DNA of 64,000 bases, taken from contig QPMI01000032.1 of the NCBI GenBank assembly GCA_004431415.1, positions 116,251 to 180,250 on the forward strand, given 5' to 3'. The notes under the pieces were generated by a model, which made no database searches, was not told the DNA's origin, and saw only the letters and a list, made by a program, of their open reading frames with translations. Positions within the stretch are counted from its first letter, which is position 1. Each line of letters opens with the position of its first letter. Position numbers and translations under genes: made by a program. This document shows, one piece after another, positions 32,604 through 45,779 of the stretch. Origin of the DNA: Cyanophora paradoxa CCMP329. Lineage: Eukaryota > Plantae > Glaucophyta.

Positions 32604-35600
32604 TTATAATACTGTGATATTTTTAATTTGGTCTATTTGACTTTGGAGATTCTCACAGGTTTGTGTTAAATCTTTGCATTTTTGGGATAACTCCTTCACT
32701 GCTTCAATGAGAACCGGAATTAAACCTGTGTATGCAAGGGTCAAATAATTTTCGTGATTTTTACCTACTACTTCTGGTATGACTTTTTCGACATCTTGCG
32801 CAATCAAACCTAAGTTAACTTTCTGTTTTTCATCACCAATCTTTTTATAACTCACACCCTGTAATTTCTCGATTGCTGAAAGGGCGCCGGTTATATTTTT
32901 AATGTCGGTTTTGTATCTTATATCGCTTCCTTGTGTAAGCCATCCCCAAAAGTAAGCGTTTCCATCATTATAAAAAGCTTGCATTGTTATATCATTTCCT
33001 CCTCTAAAATTGATGATATCGTAACCATAACCTTTAATGTATGTAGTTGATGATGAACCGAAATAAACTCTCCCATTACCTTCATCTGATGTTATCCAAG
33101 TTCCGGTTGCCCATGTGGTGCGAGCATCTTTACTATAAACATTATCCCAACTTATCATACCATTAGCGGGTGACGTTCTTCCTTTTTCTTTCGTCCAACC
33201 GATATATCCTATGTGACATCTCCCTTTCCTTGCAACAAATCTAATATGTGAAAATGTATCACAAAAGAAAGAAGTCCATGTTAACCCATCATGCCAATCT
33301 GAATCTCCATTATTTGAAACTGCTTGATATGTATTAACTCGCATAATGTGATGCCACTCCATTTCGATAACCCCAATATCGAAATATCTGCAATTTGTCC
33401 AACACATATACTGAACATGACATGTTTTCATATTGGCTGGGACTTCAATTTGTGCATAATCTGAACTTGTTTGATCATCTACATTGTTGCTATAAAATCC
33501 ATCAATGGGATTAGTGTAAGAAGGAACCCAACCTCCTGTCCAAGATCCAACATAATAAAGACTGTAACTACCATGTCCACTCCAAGTATCAAAACCTGTA
33601 ATGTTTCCAATCGAATTGGTGACATCAGTTAATGATAGATAGGATGTAGGTATATTCGGCTTACTATACACATTATTCCAATGAATATAACCAGTGTGAC
33701 CACCATAGCTATGCCCAACCCATATTTTCATGAAACTAATACCCATAATGTGAACCCTTCCAATTCTTGCTTGAATTCGAATCCTTACAAATCGGTTCCC
33801 TAGGAAGATAGGGACATTATTCACACCACTATGGTTATCATTTGCAGACCCTGCATAAGGGTGATAATTGTTGACAGTTGTTATGAAAATCGCATTGCCT
33901 TGTCGATTTATTCCCCAAATCTCGAAAATTCGTGTGTTGCCCCATGGTAGATGAGTTAGAAATGCTGACCCTGTGTGTAATCCATCGGGTATATTGTATT
34001 CAATCCAAGCGGAAGAGGTTTGGTCATCCACTTCATTATTGTATGCATGCCCACCATAATTAAAATAGGGTTCCCAAGCTGAGCCATACCCAAATGTCCA
34101 ACTTCCAGAATAATTGTGTGGAGAACTCCCTGCAACATATCCATCGTTGGAGTGTAGCTTTGGAACAGCATTACCATTTATTTGAAGATTCGTAGTAGCA
34201 TTTATAGTGGTTGCTGTAATGGTATTATTCACCCAAAGGTTACCATTGTCATAAGATTTTAATAATGCTGTATCTCCTGAATTTCTAAATTCAATCGAAA
34301 CACCTTCACCATTCCCATAACCCCTGATATATGTTGTATTACCACTACCAAACCAAAACCTTGGAATATTATCTGTTGATTTGTGCCAGTCCACAGAGTT
34401 CACTGTCAAAAGATCACCTAAAACGTTAGGGACTTCTGCCTTTGTTGCATAAGTGCCTGCAAAATCAGGTTTACTAAATACATTATCCCAAGAGATCATA
34501 CCAACATCATTATCTGTTGCCCTCTGCCTACTCCAACCAAAAACTCCTGTGAGATGAATGCGACCTTTTCGACCTTGAACATAAATATACTTGTAAAACT
34601 CGCAATTAATTGATACAACAAGATAGTATTATTTGTCCCATCATGATTTACTGACTGTATTCCTTGATAATCGTTTACACGTTTTAAGAAATGCTGATTG
34701 TTATTGAGAGTCTGACCATAGATATCAAAATATCTGCCATTATACCAAGGCATATGCTGAATATAAAATGATTTCATACCTGTGGGGACAGTCCACCTCA
34801 TAAACAACCGCTACATCTTCATCATTTTGTGGTGTTGTATAACATCCTGTTTGTCCTGTTCTTGGTGACCAATTCAAATTCCAATTATTTGCGCTTCTAT
34901 CTGTTGATACTACATCTAATTGATCGAAATCATATCCTTTTGGAATTGTGTTTCCACAATTTGTAGACTAGTAGCGTTTACAGTTCCATTAACTGTCCCA
35001 CCTGTAAGAGGTAAATAATTTCCTAGAGCTGCTGTTAACTCTGCATCTGTTGTATAATTATTTAGAGTCGTTCCCAATTCACTTTCTGTTACATAGCTGC
35101 TTAAATCTGCTGTTGTAAGATACCCTTTATTGGTTAGGTAATCATCTGTGACCACACCTGAAAGGGTTGTATTGTGTAAGTTTTTTGCTGCCATCCTCTG
35201 ATTGACTTCTAAGGCTCCACCTGATGTCGTTTTTATCCATGCAATCTCACATTTTCCATGATCATCTGTGGGTTGTCCCGCAACAGGAAGGTAGTTTACA
35301 ACTTTCTCCCTTGTGAACACAATTTTAGGTCTTGCTCCATCATATGCGCTTTGATCTGTAACGTTTATTTGAATAGCTGCTGAAAAATCGGCTACTTGTC
35401 CTGTTTCACCTGGGTGATAATTCGTAACATAGATACTGGGGAAAGTATCATTTACTCCTACATTAAAATCACCATCATAAACTCCATTTACGATTGGATC
35501 CCTGGGTAATCTTACTGCAAGAGTTCCCTCCATTGGAGTGCCTGTTTGACCTGTAAAAGTCCCATTAAAACTGACATAATGATCATTCAAATATAACCTT

Positions 35601-38154
35601 TCAGGTGTATTACTGGATTGGTAAAGTGTGACTCCATTGAAAACATTTCCAATCGCATTCAATTGTGCAAATACTGGTTGTTGATCGATTTCACTCCAAG
35701 GGTGTCTGTGATTGCAGTTGGTGATCTGGGAATAATCATGACTGTGTGGATCAGGTGGAAAAGTTAATGGTGGATTTACGATTTGCTCCCATAAATGCCC
35801 ATGGGAACTGGGAGGGAATGTTAATGGTGGATTTGTTATATGCTCCCATAAATGCTCATGTGCAAAATCTGTTATTTCATCTTTTGTGTGGTGTGGTTGT
35901 CGATCCAACCTAAAACTACATTGGATGTAGGATGATTTGGTAGATTTGCTGCAATATTCACAGTCAAATAGTCGACTTCTAGATACTTCCGTAAATATTG
36001 CTTGCCCATAGATTACTGGTGTAAATGTTACTTGTATAAAGGTTACTGGTGAAAATGTTACTTGTGACTGTAAGGTTTGTGTCATTTTTGATCACAAAAA
36101 GAGAAAGAATGTTTGTTAATTCACCTTCATCAATATATCCTTGCTCTTCTAAATAATCCTCTGTGACCACTCTCGAAATAGTCTCATTGTGAATATTCTT
36201 TGCAGCCATCCTCTGATTGGCTTCCAGAACCCCACCATAGTTTGTTTTAATCCATGCAAGCTCTGCCCTTCCATAGTTATCATTTGCAGTTCCCACTATG
36301 GGAATATAGGAATATTTATCTCGACTGAAAACTATCATTGGTCTTGATCCATCTAGACTGCTTACATCTGCTACATGAACCTGTATAGCAGAGTTGTAAT
36401 TTTGGTAGGTTGCTGGGTCTGTTGGGACTCTGAATGTATCTGTGGGAATGTCAGCCTCCATGTAGCTTGACACAAAGATATTTGGTATGGTTGCTCCTGG
36501 TTCAGGTGGTGGATTATAAGAGCCTGGTAATGTCCTAATATGAAGTGGTCCTCTCATAGCTGAATTTGCAAGTGTCCCATTCACATGTACATAGTGTTCA
36601 TTCAAAAAGATTCTTTCAGGGATATTACAAGTCTGGTAAAGAGAAACCCCTAGGGTTGCCAAAGGCTCCACTTTTGCAAACTCTGGTTGGTCATTAATCT
36701 CATCCCAAGTGTGTTCATGTTTGCTTGGTGGAAATTCTTCTGGTATTCCATCAATTTCACCCCAATCATGCCTGTGATCTTCTGGTGGATACTTCTGAGG
36801 TTTGCCTAAGATCTCATCCCAATCATGATTGTGATCCTCTGGGGGATACTTTGCAGGTTTATTATTAATTTGTTCATAATCAGGAAAGAACTCCCAGATC
36901 TCAGGTCGAAATCCATCTGGTAATAATTCCTCATGGGGTTCATAAGGTTGCTCATAATCAACAGCTGGTGGATCATGCCCATCTGGCAAATACTCTCATC
37001 AGGTTCATAGTTCTGCTCATACTCAAACTCTTGGGGATCTAAGCCATCTGGTAGTATCTCCTCCTCATTGGGGTCAAACTGATCATATTCATATTCTTGT
37101 GGGTCAAAACCATCTGGTAAATATTCTTCCTCATCTGGAACGAATTGATATTCATCAAGCTCTAATATATCGACTTCAGGAGGTAAATACTGCTCATCTA
37201 TTTGCTTTCTGGGTTCAATTATAGGTTTATTGCGAACTTGCTCCCAACTAACAATATGCTGCCCAAAGGCTACATCTTCAGTTGCTGTGTATTCTCTTCC
37301 AGGCTGTTTCTTTGGTGTTAGATCGGGTGGTCCATTGGGAAATGGAATAGGGAATGGGACAGTAGGTCCATTGGGACCATAATGCTCAATGATTTCCCTT
37401 AGAGTTTTCTCACTAACAAGCTTCTCTCCATTTGCATACACATTGCTGCCATGGATATTTCGCCATTGCCTGGTTCGAATTCCAAGGTCTTTCACATTGC
37501 TATACAAAGGCAAAAGGTGCCTATCCATTTCGACTAAATCAGGATGCAAATGGATTGCTACTGGTTGACTGGGGCTACTGTTGATTGTAATTGATGGCTT
37601 TTTTTGATGGACATCTTTTGGAGTAAAGAACCCAAAAGGCTCATTTCTTGCAAAGTCATATGTAATATCCTTGGGGTAGACATCATTTGTGTAGGAGACC
37701 TGATTTGTATTGGCAATGGGACCCACTTGCAATACTTGGGGGACCTCTGCTTTTGGAGTGCTGCCCTCATTGTAAATTCGCAAACCTGTGTTCTGTTTGC
37801 CCTGCTCATCTTGAACATTGAAAACCAAACGACCACTATCAAACCTGGAAGGTATATCTGGATGGGTGCCACTGGTTTTCAGTTTCCTAGGTCTCCTTCT
37901 TGTTGCTTTGATCTCTGCAACTTGGTTGCTTTCACATTACCCAAACTAAAGGCTACACTGACATCCTCTTTATCTGGATCAGTTTGATTCACAGATAAAG
38001 CATGCTCCCTTGATTGAGTCTTTGATGAATTATCAGAGCTGTGGTCAATTGAAACTGAACCCTTTACTTTAATATTATCAAAGTTCACATGCTTGGTGCT
38101 GCTTGCATTATCATCTTGAATGGTTTCTAGATTGGGTGGGTAATTGAAGCTCAT
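32604..38154 (-). CDS. Giant fibre-like protein with a C-terminal S74 intramolecular chaperone, split by several frameshifts
   Basis: Overlapping same-strand ORFs 37879-38154, 36806-37828, 35979-36989, 34916-36085, 34496-34807, 32604-34499; HxHxWxxI repeats; SDIRYK...GLIAQDVEKVIPEVV...LIEAVKEL. Confidence 0.75.
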
Positions 38155-38197
38155 GGCTTTTACTATATGGATTTATAAAATTCCTGATAAGTAAAAG

Positions 38198-39750
38198 ATG
38201 CCTCTCAAAGTAGTTCTCAGTTTGTCAGGGGAGGTGCAAGGGGCATTATCATAACCAGGCTGCTCAAAGAAATCGAAAATCGAACTGGCAGGAGAATAAT
38301 CGATCTTGTGGATCTTGTGAGTGGAACTTCCACTGGTGGGATCATTGCTATTGGGTTAAACATCAGGCATCCTGATAAACCAGGTGAACCTAAACTGACA
38401 GCAAACGATTTACACAATATTTACCTAACTCAACTGCCCTTGATTTTCGCAAATCCTCGAAATATCATTGAAAATGCCCTATTTAACACAAAGTATGATG
38501 TGGGACCCTTGGAGACTGCAATCAATTCAGTTACTGGTGAATCACTAATACAGGATTCCCTTAAGGACATTGTGATCACATCCTTTGATACTCAGAATAT
38601 GAAACCAATATTTATCACAAATGACAACAATTACAACTTTATGCCTTGTAAGATTGCTGCTAGGGCTACTTCTGCTGCTCCTACATATTTCTCTCCTGTA
38701 AGCATTGTTGATTTCAATAGGGGAGTATATGTCTGTCTCATTGATGGTGCCATTTCGGGAAACAATAATCCCAGTGTGTGTGGTTACAGCCATGCAAAGA
38801 AGATTTACAGTGATGATGATGACATTATAGTAATAAGCATCTCTTGTGGAGAGGTGGACCCACATTTAGAGTCTGATTATGTGGGTTATGCTTATGAGAC
38901 TGTAAACAGCTGGGGCATTCTCTCATGGATTGCCTCAACAGATGGAAGCCCATTGATTAACATGCTCATGGCTGCAAGTGAGCTATCTGCCCTTGATAAG
39001 ATGGAGGAGTTGTTACCCTACAACTATGATCAGGATTATGGGAGATACTATAGGTTATCAGTCCCTCTTCCAAATCATATAGTAAGCTCCTGGATGACAC
39101 ATCTAAGATCCCAGACATGCTTGCATTCACTGAAACATACATTGCAGCAAACAATGATATGATTAATAAGCTTTGCAGCCTACTAGTAGCAAACTATGAA
39201 CTAAAGAACCCTACAAAGGCTTACATTTCATCCACTCTCACTACATCACCTCCTTTGGATGCCAATTGGTATCAGCTTGCAGATGATGCCTTTACTGCCT
39301 CATCCTCTGTGACAGGTAAAGAGCCTTTCATGGCTAGACCTTCAGCATTTGGCTGGGAAGCTGGAGCCTATGCTCCTGAACAGATATGGGAAACCCCCAC
39401 TGAATACCTTCAAGTTGCTTTTCCATATACTTTTGAACTCTCCTCTGTGATTGCCTATGGATCAGGGACACCAATGCTTTTATTAAGACTTTCAATGTGG
39501 CAACATCCACTGATGGGATCAACTGGTCTTTATTCGATCAGATGGGCAAAACAAAATATATGTCTGTGAGAACATTAACAATGCTCACAACTCTGGTGAT
39601 GTGGCTCTATTGAGTGGGTTCCCTCTCAGCATCAAGGATGCTTTTTACATAGGTTATTCTCTGAGAATAAGATATATTCGCATTTATCCCCTTGTGTATG
39701 TGAATGCTCCCACAATGAGAGTTGACTTTACAGGTGCCTTTATTCGATAA
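38198..39750 (+). CDS. Patatin-like phospholipase fused to an F5/8 type C (discoidin) domain (frameshifted)
   Basis: LSLSG(G)GARG, GTSTG, ATSAAPTYF, DGA; C-terminal FTASSS...EYLQV...RYIRIYP...MRVDFTG. Confidence 0.8.
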
Positions 39751-40669
39751 ACTCCAACTGAAAAGAATTATCGATTCCATTCATATCAATCAGTTCACCA
39801 AAGTAATCTTTAAACTCCACAGTGAGTTCCCTTATCACCAGGTTTCTGTCATTGATTTGAATAAATTCTGCATGTTCACCACTATGGTAAACATAGCCCC
39901 CTATATCTTTACTCAATTGCAATCTAAGGATAGCTCCCTGGTTTTGTGGTTGCGATTTTGGAATTATATTGTGTCTGCTGGCAAAGGGGACAGCTCTTTA
40001 ATATGCATGTACAGATACTGCTCAGCATTCATATCAGACATCTTCCTGCTGTCAAAATAATATTGCAAGGGCTTAGAGGAGAGTCTGGGTCCTGAGAAGG
40101 TGATTCCCCATGCTGGGTGATCAGGTGTAATAGGTTTGCCATCATACTTTAAAAGGTTCTCAGGTCGATAGGGAGATCCACCAACAGGAGGAGTGCTATA
40201 ATACCCAGTGGTGTATTCAGTAGAACTTACACCCAAAAGCTTTCCTATTCTCTGGTTGCTTGCAATAAAACGAAACTCATGGTTACTGTAAAACTCCACT
40301 TTATAGGTTGTTGGGTTGTAGAATATCTTGAACTCAAAAGCTACTGTTTTGCCTGCAATAGTTTGGAAGCTTGAATAGTTCAGCCATAATTATAAGGGTG
40401 TGTGACCCAAAATGACCCTGATTGATGTAGCCACTGGGAAGGGGATACACTTGTTGTGTGATCACTTGGTTATATGAACCATCTTGGTAATTAAACTGAA
40501 CTGTTAGATGATCAGTTCCCACACTGTTATAGATACTGTTTGGAATCTCTGCATAGAGAACCCTACATTCCCTTGGTCTCTCTACTGGAGTTGTGAGGGT
40601 GACCCTGTAAGAGTTTTCATTTTGTCCTTGGCTTCTATCCCTGCTATCAATATTAACGAGCCGGTTCAT
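39740..40669 (-). CDS. Penton / minor capsid protein 1, PLV-C (frameshifted)
   Basis: LVNIDSRDR...EIPNSIYN; C-terminal LTVEFKDYFGELIDMNGIDNSFQLEF. Confidence 0.75.
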
Positions 40670-40698
40670 TTTAATATATTAATATAGATAAAAGAAGA

Positions 40699-41709
40699 AT
40701 GCCTGTGGATTACATCGAGGTTAGCTCATTTAATACAATCTCTGGTGATGGTCCCACATCAAGCTTTGTGGCTAGACTCCCCAGTAGTTATGAGAATGTG
40801 AGGGCTGTGAGACTGGTCTCAGCCGAATTTTATAACAGTATCCCTATGGTGAGTGGTGAAACCAAAGCAGGAGATGTGACAGTTGACAATGCATTTAGCA
40901 TTTATTATTCTGAACAAACTCCTGGAGCTGGAAGCTCAGGAATTCCAACAGTTCGCCCAGCTGCTGACTATGAACAATGGAAACAATTCATTATAAGTCG
41001 AAACACCCCCATCCAAAGCCACCAGCAACTGGTGAATGTAATTAACTCTAAATTCGAAGGCAGAAATCCCCAACCATCCATTCGCTGCAAATGGGATGAA
41101 TCACTGAAACGAATTATATTCCACTCAGCAGTACCATTTTACTTGGCTTTCTCAGTAGCTGTGAACCCAAGCCAACAAACAATCCAAAAGCTGTTGAGTT
41201 CAGCTAGACTGCTGGGTCTTGATCCTGGAAGATATGGTAACTCCCCAATCCAATCACAGGTCTATGATGCTCTCACTGATGGAATCTTTACTGGTGGTCG
41301 CGTGAATGGCATTATATCTTCTTTTGAGCCTGAGAAGACCAGGGACAGTGTTTTGTTTGTGAGAGTAAAGGAGCTGGGTGATCTGGTGCAATGTGGGGAT
41401 GGTCTTCTGACTGGTTACTTTCACAAAATAGTGGTCCCTGATAAAGACTATGGTGAGCATGTTGTTTACAATTCAACAGAAGCTCACCCACTTTACAAAT
41501 ACTATAATAAAAAGGTTGGATTATCCACTTTCTCGGTTGATATTGTAAATGCTATTAATGAACCAATTGATTTTGAGGGTCAACCTGTTCATCTTACCTT
41601 TGAAATTCGCTATGGTGATGAGCCAGCTGGGGACCCAGTTTATGAATACTTCAAGATGCGAATGTCACAGCTTCACCCTTCCTATCCAGTTATTACAAAC
41701 TTCGCATAA
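40699..41709 (+). CDS. Penton / minor capsid protein 2, PLV-C
   Basis: SSFVARLP..YENVRAVRLVSAEFYN; C-terminal FSVDIVN...PIDFEGQPVHLTFEI. Confidence 0.7.
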   Translation: MPVDYIEVSSFNTISGDGPTSSFVARLPSSYENVRAVRLVSAEFYNSIPMVSGETKAGDVTVDNAFSIYYSEQTPGAGSSGIPTVRPAADYEQWKQFIISRNTPIQSHQQLVNVINSKFEGRNPQPSIRCKWDESLKRIIFHSAVPFYLAFSVAVNPSQQTIQKLLSSARLLGLDPGRYGNSPIQSQVYDALTDGIFTGGRVNGIISSFEPEKTRDSVLFVRVKELGDLVQCGDGLLTGYFHKIVVPDKDYGEHVVYNSTEAHPLYKYYNKKVGLSTFSVDIVNAINEPIDFEGQPVHLTFEIRYGDEPAGDPVYEYFKMRMSQLHPSYPVITNFA

Positions 41710-41762
41710 ATTAAGGATCATTGGTAGATTTTTTATGTTGCAGTATAATAAAAGAGAATATA

Positions 41763-43113
41763 ATGGATATCACTTCCACTCTTCAAAGACTTTCGCTGAA
41801 AGAAGCCCTAACAACCCCAGAAGAGGCGAAAGCCTTTTTCCTGGATAACTCCCTTATGCTTGGTCTCGAATCCAAATCTAAGCCAGTTCTAGTTGTTGTG
41901 AATCCCAGCAATACTTTTGAGAATAATGTTGGAAATCGCATTTCCTTCAAGCTACCTCGCTACAATTTCTGTGGAAAACTCGAACTTGCTTTCGACCTTC
42001 CAGCCATCACGTTTGCTGGTGATATGACCTAGTTCGCAATGGATACACTCGCCCAGTTGGTGCTTTAGTTCAGCGACTTGAAATTACCTATGGATCTTAC
42101 ACCTACCATATTCCATCTGATTTCCTTGCTCATTTCCCCCTGTCTATTATTCGGAGGATCAACTAGCTAAAAAGAAGCGATCAATGGGCATGGTTCATGG
42201 CATCCCTGCTCATGGAACCAACCGCCTTGGTGGCTCATTCTTTGTTGAAATCCCTGTGCCTTGGCTAAATCACTACCTTCCCCTTGGTGCTTTATCTGGT
42301 GAAATGGTTGTTACTGTTTGGTTTAAGGATGCTGAAAGGGTTATGTTGAACTTCCTATGGTGGTCGCTCTCTCCTGTTGTTGGTGGGACAGTTGCTGATA
42401 AGACAGAAGATGATGGTCTTGGTGATACTGCTAATGCCACACTTGCCCATGTTGGTCAAAATATCACAACTTTCAGTCTTGGTGCAACAACCCTGTTATT
42501 CATTACTTCTCCTCGCCTTTACATGCATGCTATTAATGTTTCTGATGAGCTTTTCGCTACTGTCATTGAAAAGGTTAAGACAACTGGCATGGCTATTCCT
42601 CCCTTGATATTGGATTTGTAGATGCTAGTGCTTTCCCTGCCAAGGGCAATGCCCAACCCAATCGAATTAACCTCTCTCAAATCTCAGGTCTTGTATATGC
42701 TCTGCTTGTTTCAGTTCGTGATCATGAACTGTTGACAAATCCAATGGCTCCCACAGTGTTCTTAAGACCTATGCCAACTCCAAAGACATACATTCACAAC
42801 TGAAATAATGGTCAGCGACTTTTGCCACTGAGCCAATTTCCCTACTCAAAGGTGCTGAGCTAATTGCTGATGCCTTCAAATGCTCTAACATGGATAAGGT
42901 TGCTGATCGCTATGTCCTCTCGGACTCCATTCTGCTTGATGGAGAAAGGCAATTCGAAATATTGCCCAGTCTGGTTATGTTGATTTAACAAATTCCTCTC
43001 TTCCTTCCTCACCCTCTACATGCCTCAGATAAGGTAATCGATGTTAATGTTCGCGCTCTCATGCATTCGTTTATAATTTTGGACAAGGATGGTTAAGGCG
43101 TATAAATTTGTAG
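41763..43113 (+). CDS. Major capsid protein, PLV-C (multiple frameshifts; end approximate)
   Basis: LKEALTTP...NTF...FKLPR...YLPLGAL...GMAIP matches the PLV-A/B MCPs. Confidence 0.7.
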
Positions 43114-43177
43114 ATTGTTACGATATTCAGTCCCATGCATTATTTTTATCTGTATTTATTTAGAAAGATATACAACA

Positions 43178-43920
43178 ATGAATGATTTGGATGAATTTGT
43201 GGCTGGTGAAATGATAAACCCATTTCGAGTCCTAGCATTGGGAAATCGCAACTGGTAAATCAGAAGCTGTAAAATATTGGTTGAAGCAGTTGCATGATGC
43301 CAAAAAGATTGATGTTGTATTAGTTGTGAGTGGAACCAGCTTCAATCATTTCTGGGATAAAGTTGCAACATTGCAACTGGGAAAATGGATGCCCTTACAT
43401 TGCTAAATTGCTAGATGAAAGGCAAGAGAAAATAGAAAAAGGTGAACCTGTTAACCAGTTATGTGTGGTTCTAGATGATTTAATCGATAATGAGATTGTA
43501 GACCTAACTCGTGATAAAATTATTGGCTCTCTGTATTCCAGAGGTCGCCATTCGAAAATATCCATTATCTGCATCACACAAAAGCTAAGGAAAGTCTCTT
43601 CGACTATTCGAGTTAATTCGGACTATGCAATGTTTTAAGTGCTGCAAATCGCAAAGAACTTGAAGCCATAGAGGAAGAATACAATATAATGCGAAATAAA
43701 GAGGATTTTACAAGATGTTTGAAGAGTATGTTCACTCCTATCAGTATATTATTTGGTCCTCTGCAAACTACTCAGTTAAATACTATGTAGATAAAGCTGA
43801 GCTTGTGAAAGATTTCCATTTCCTCGCTTCCACAGAAGCCAAAAAAGAAAGAAGATGAACTGAAACCTCCAGAGAAAGAGGAAGCCCCTAAAGAAGTGAA
43901 AAGCCAAGTCCATAGCAATA
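43178..43920 (+). CDS. A32-like packaging ATPase, PLV-C (frameshifted; end approximate)
   Basis: VVLDD, RGRHSKISII, SSTIRVN; Walker A (..TGKS) split by a frameshift. Confidence 0.8.
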
Positions 43921-43977
43921 AATTGATGCGATATAAACGCGGTTTATAAAATTATCTCTCATTCTAATAAAGATACA

Positions 43978-44711
43978 ATGCCTCCCAAACGAAAGATAGG
44001 GATCCCAGCTGGGGCTGTTGGCTATTCAGGTGGTGGAAACAATGGATCCATTAATACTGAACCAATGAAATTCAATGGTATGAATGAGGTAAGCCCTCAC
44101 AACAAGAAGAGGACCCCCTCAATGCTGCCTATGAGGAATCAGTCGATGACAAAGCCCCACAGGCTTCAACCAGTGACCAACTCAATATATCACCAGAAGC
44201 CTCAAAAATGAAAGCTGTTGCTGAGGGTGCCAGGCGAATTATTGGTGCTGCTGATGATAAAGGTTTAGGCTTGCAAGATCTATCACTGGCTCGCAAAGGT
44301 GAAGGTCTAAGTAAGGAATCAGACAAGGTTATCCAGTCTATGGCTGGTGAAGTCACATATAAGACTGCTCCCACTCAAAATATTCATCGAATCCCCAAGG
44401 CTCAATGGGATGAGATGACTGCTAAACTTAAAGATCTGGAAGCCAAATCAAGTGCCTTGGAGCAGTATGTTACTGAGAAGAAAGAGAGAGCTAAGCTAAA
44501 GGAGATGCTTCGAAAGGAAGTTTATAAAATGGGCATTACTGGTGTCCCAGATAAACAGTTCATTGCTAAGAAAGAGACCCAAATCGATGAGCAAGCAGTA
44601 GATGAAATGAAAACAAAGACCCAGAAGGGAACTATTGAACCTGGTGCCACCAAAGCTGAAGTAGAAAAGGGAGTAGCCCCAACAGTATATAAAAGACGAG
44701 TTTGGCTTTAA
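43978..44711 (+). CDS. Basic, putative core-like protein (two ORFs probably joined by a frameshift)
   Basis: MPPKRK start; Lys-rich; TKAEVEK resembles TKEKVEK of the PLV-A/B core-like proteins. Confidence 0.45.
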
Positions 44712-44733
44712 TTTTCTCTGTTTTATTAGAGAT

Positions 44734-45015
44734 ATGGACATAATACGAAAGTTCTTCGAGATGTTCAGTCTGCATGTGGTGAGCAATTGCCACAGTGGAT
44801 GTTGTGAGACAACAGTGGAGTTTGAGATGTCAGATAATGAGGATAATGCCTCAGAAGCAAGAGAGAGAAGGAGGTCTACAGTTTCTGTGGAGTCAATGCC
44901 AGCAGACCCCACAGAGTATACATATGAGCAACAGGAGCAACAGGAGTATCCAAGGAGAAGTTCTCTGTCAGCAGAAAACGTTTTCTCTGGGAATATAAAT
45001 GGAGGACACTATTAG
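44734..45015 (+). CDS. Small hypothetical protein
   Basis: ATG-initiated ORF in a tightly packed gene run. Confidence 0.45.
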   Translation: MDIIRKFFEMFSLHVVSNCHSGCCETTVEFEMSDNEDNASEARERRRSTVSVESMPADPTEYTYEQQEQQEYPRRSSLSAENVFSGNINGGHY

Positions 45016-45244
45016 TTTAATCGAGTTTACCAGTGATGAACCTGTTACTGAGGGTTCTATAAGACACATTCTAGCAATGCAGAAACGATATAGAGAGGAC
45101 CCAGCATATAGAGAGTATAAAAAGCAGCAAGCCCTGGCATCCTATTATCGCAGAAAAGCCCAAAAAGAGGAGCAGAGACCCAGAGGGAGACCGATTAAAT
45201 ATTATTTGCCAACTGAAAGTAGCAATGGACCCCCAGGTCTATAA
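44999..45244 (+). CDS. Small basic protein with an AT-hook-like RPRGRP motif
   Basis: QKRYRED..YREYKK...RGRPIKY, weakly like the 85-aa family. Confidence 0.5.
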   Translation: MEDTISLIEFTSDEPVTEGSIRHILAMQKRYREDPAYREYKKQQALASYYRRKAQKEEQRPRGRPIKYYLPTESSNGPPGL

Positions 45245-45619
45245 GATAATTGAGAAAAAGCGGTCTCAGTATGCAACTGAGGCAGCTATAAAAATATATA
45301 CAAAGGAATTGGCTTTATACTTGCAATCAAGTCACAGATAACTTTTGTAAATATGCTTTTGTTGTTTTTGTTTGCATTCTCAGACACTGAAACAGTTATG
45401 TGAATGTTTACTGATCTATTTCTCTTTGGTTTTGTTGCATACATATTGTAACCTTTTAATCTCTGTGACATTTCGATATATGCCCCTATATCTCCATGCT
45501 TTATGCATTTATCTAACTCAGTCATGGTCATCTCATCAAGAGTCTTTGCCATTTTGTCTTCACTATACACAATCAAGTAAGCCTTAAGTATTCTTGTCAA
45601 ATTTTGGTCTTTTTCGATC

Positions 45620-45720
45620 GGTGTCACAGGTGTCACAGGTGTCACAGGTCTATCCCACCGATTTTCAAAATCATTTTTTATGTTTGACTTTCCCTGGGAT
45701 GGACCTGTGACACCTGTGAA
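45620..45720. repeat. Converging 9-bp (GTGTCACAG)n arrays; homologous copy at 55201-55301
   Basis: GTGTCACAG x3, spacer, then CTGTGACAC units; spacer sequence is also similar between the two copies. Confidence 0.85.
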
Positions 45721-45779
45721 CAACACCATTTCCAGTAAGGCTATAAACATTACATATACAAATCAATCATTTATCGTTT

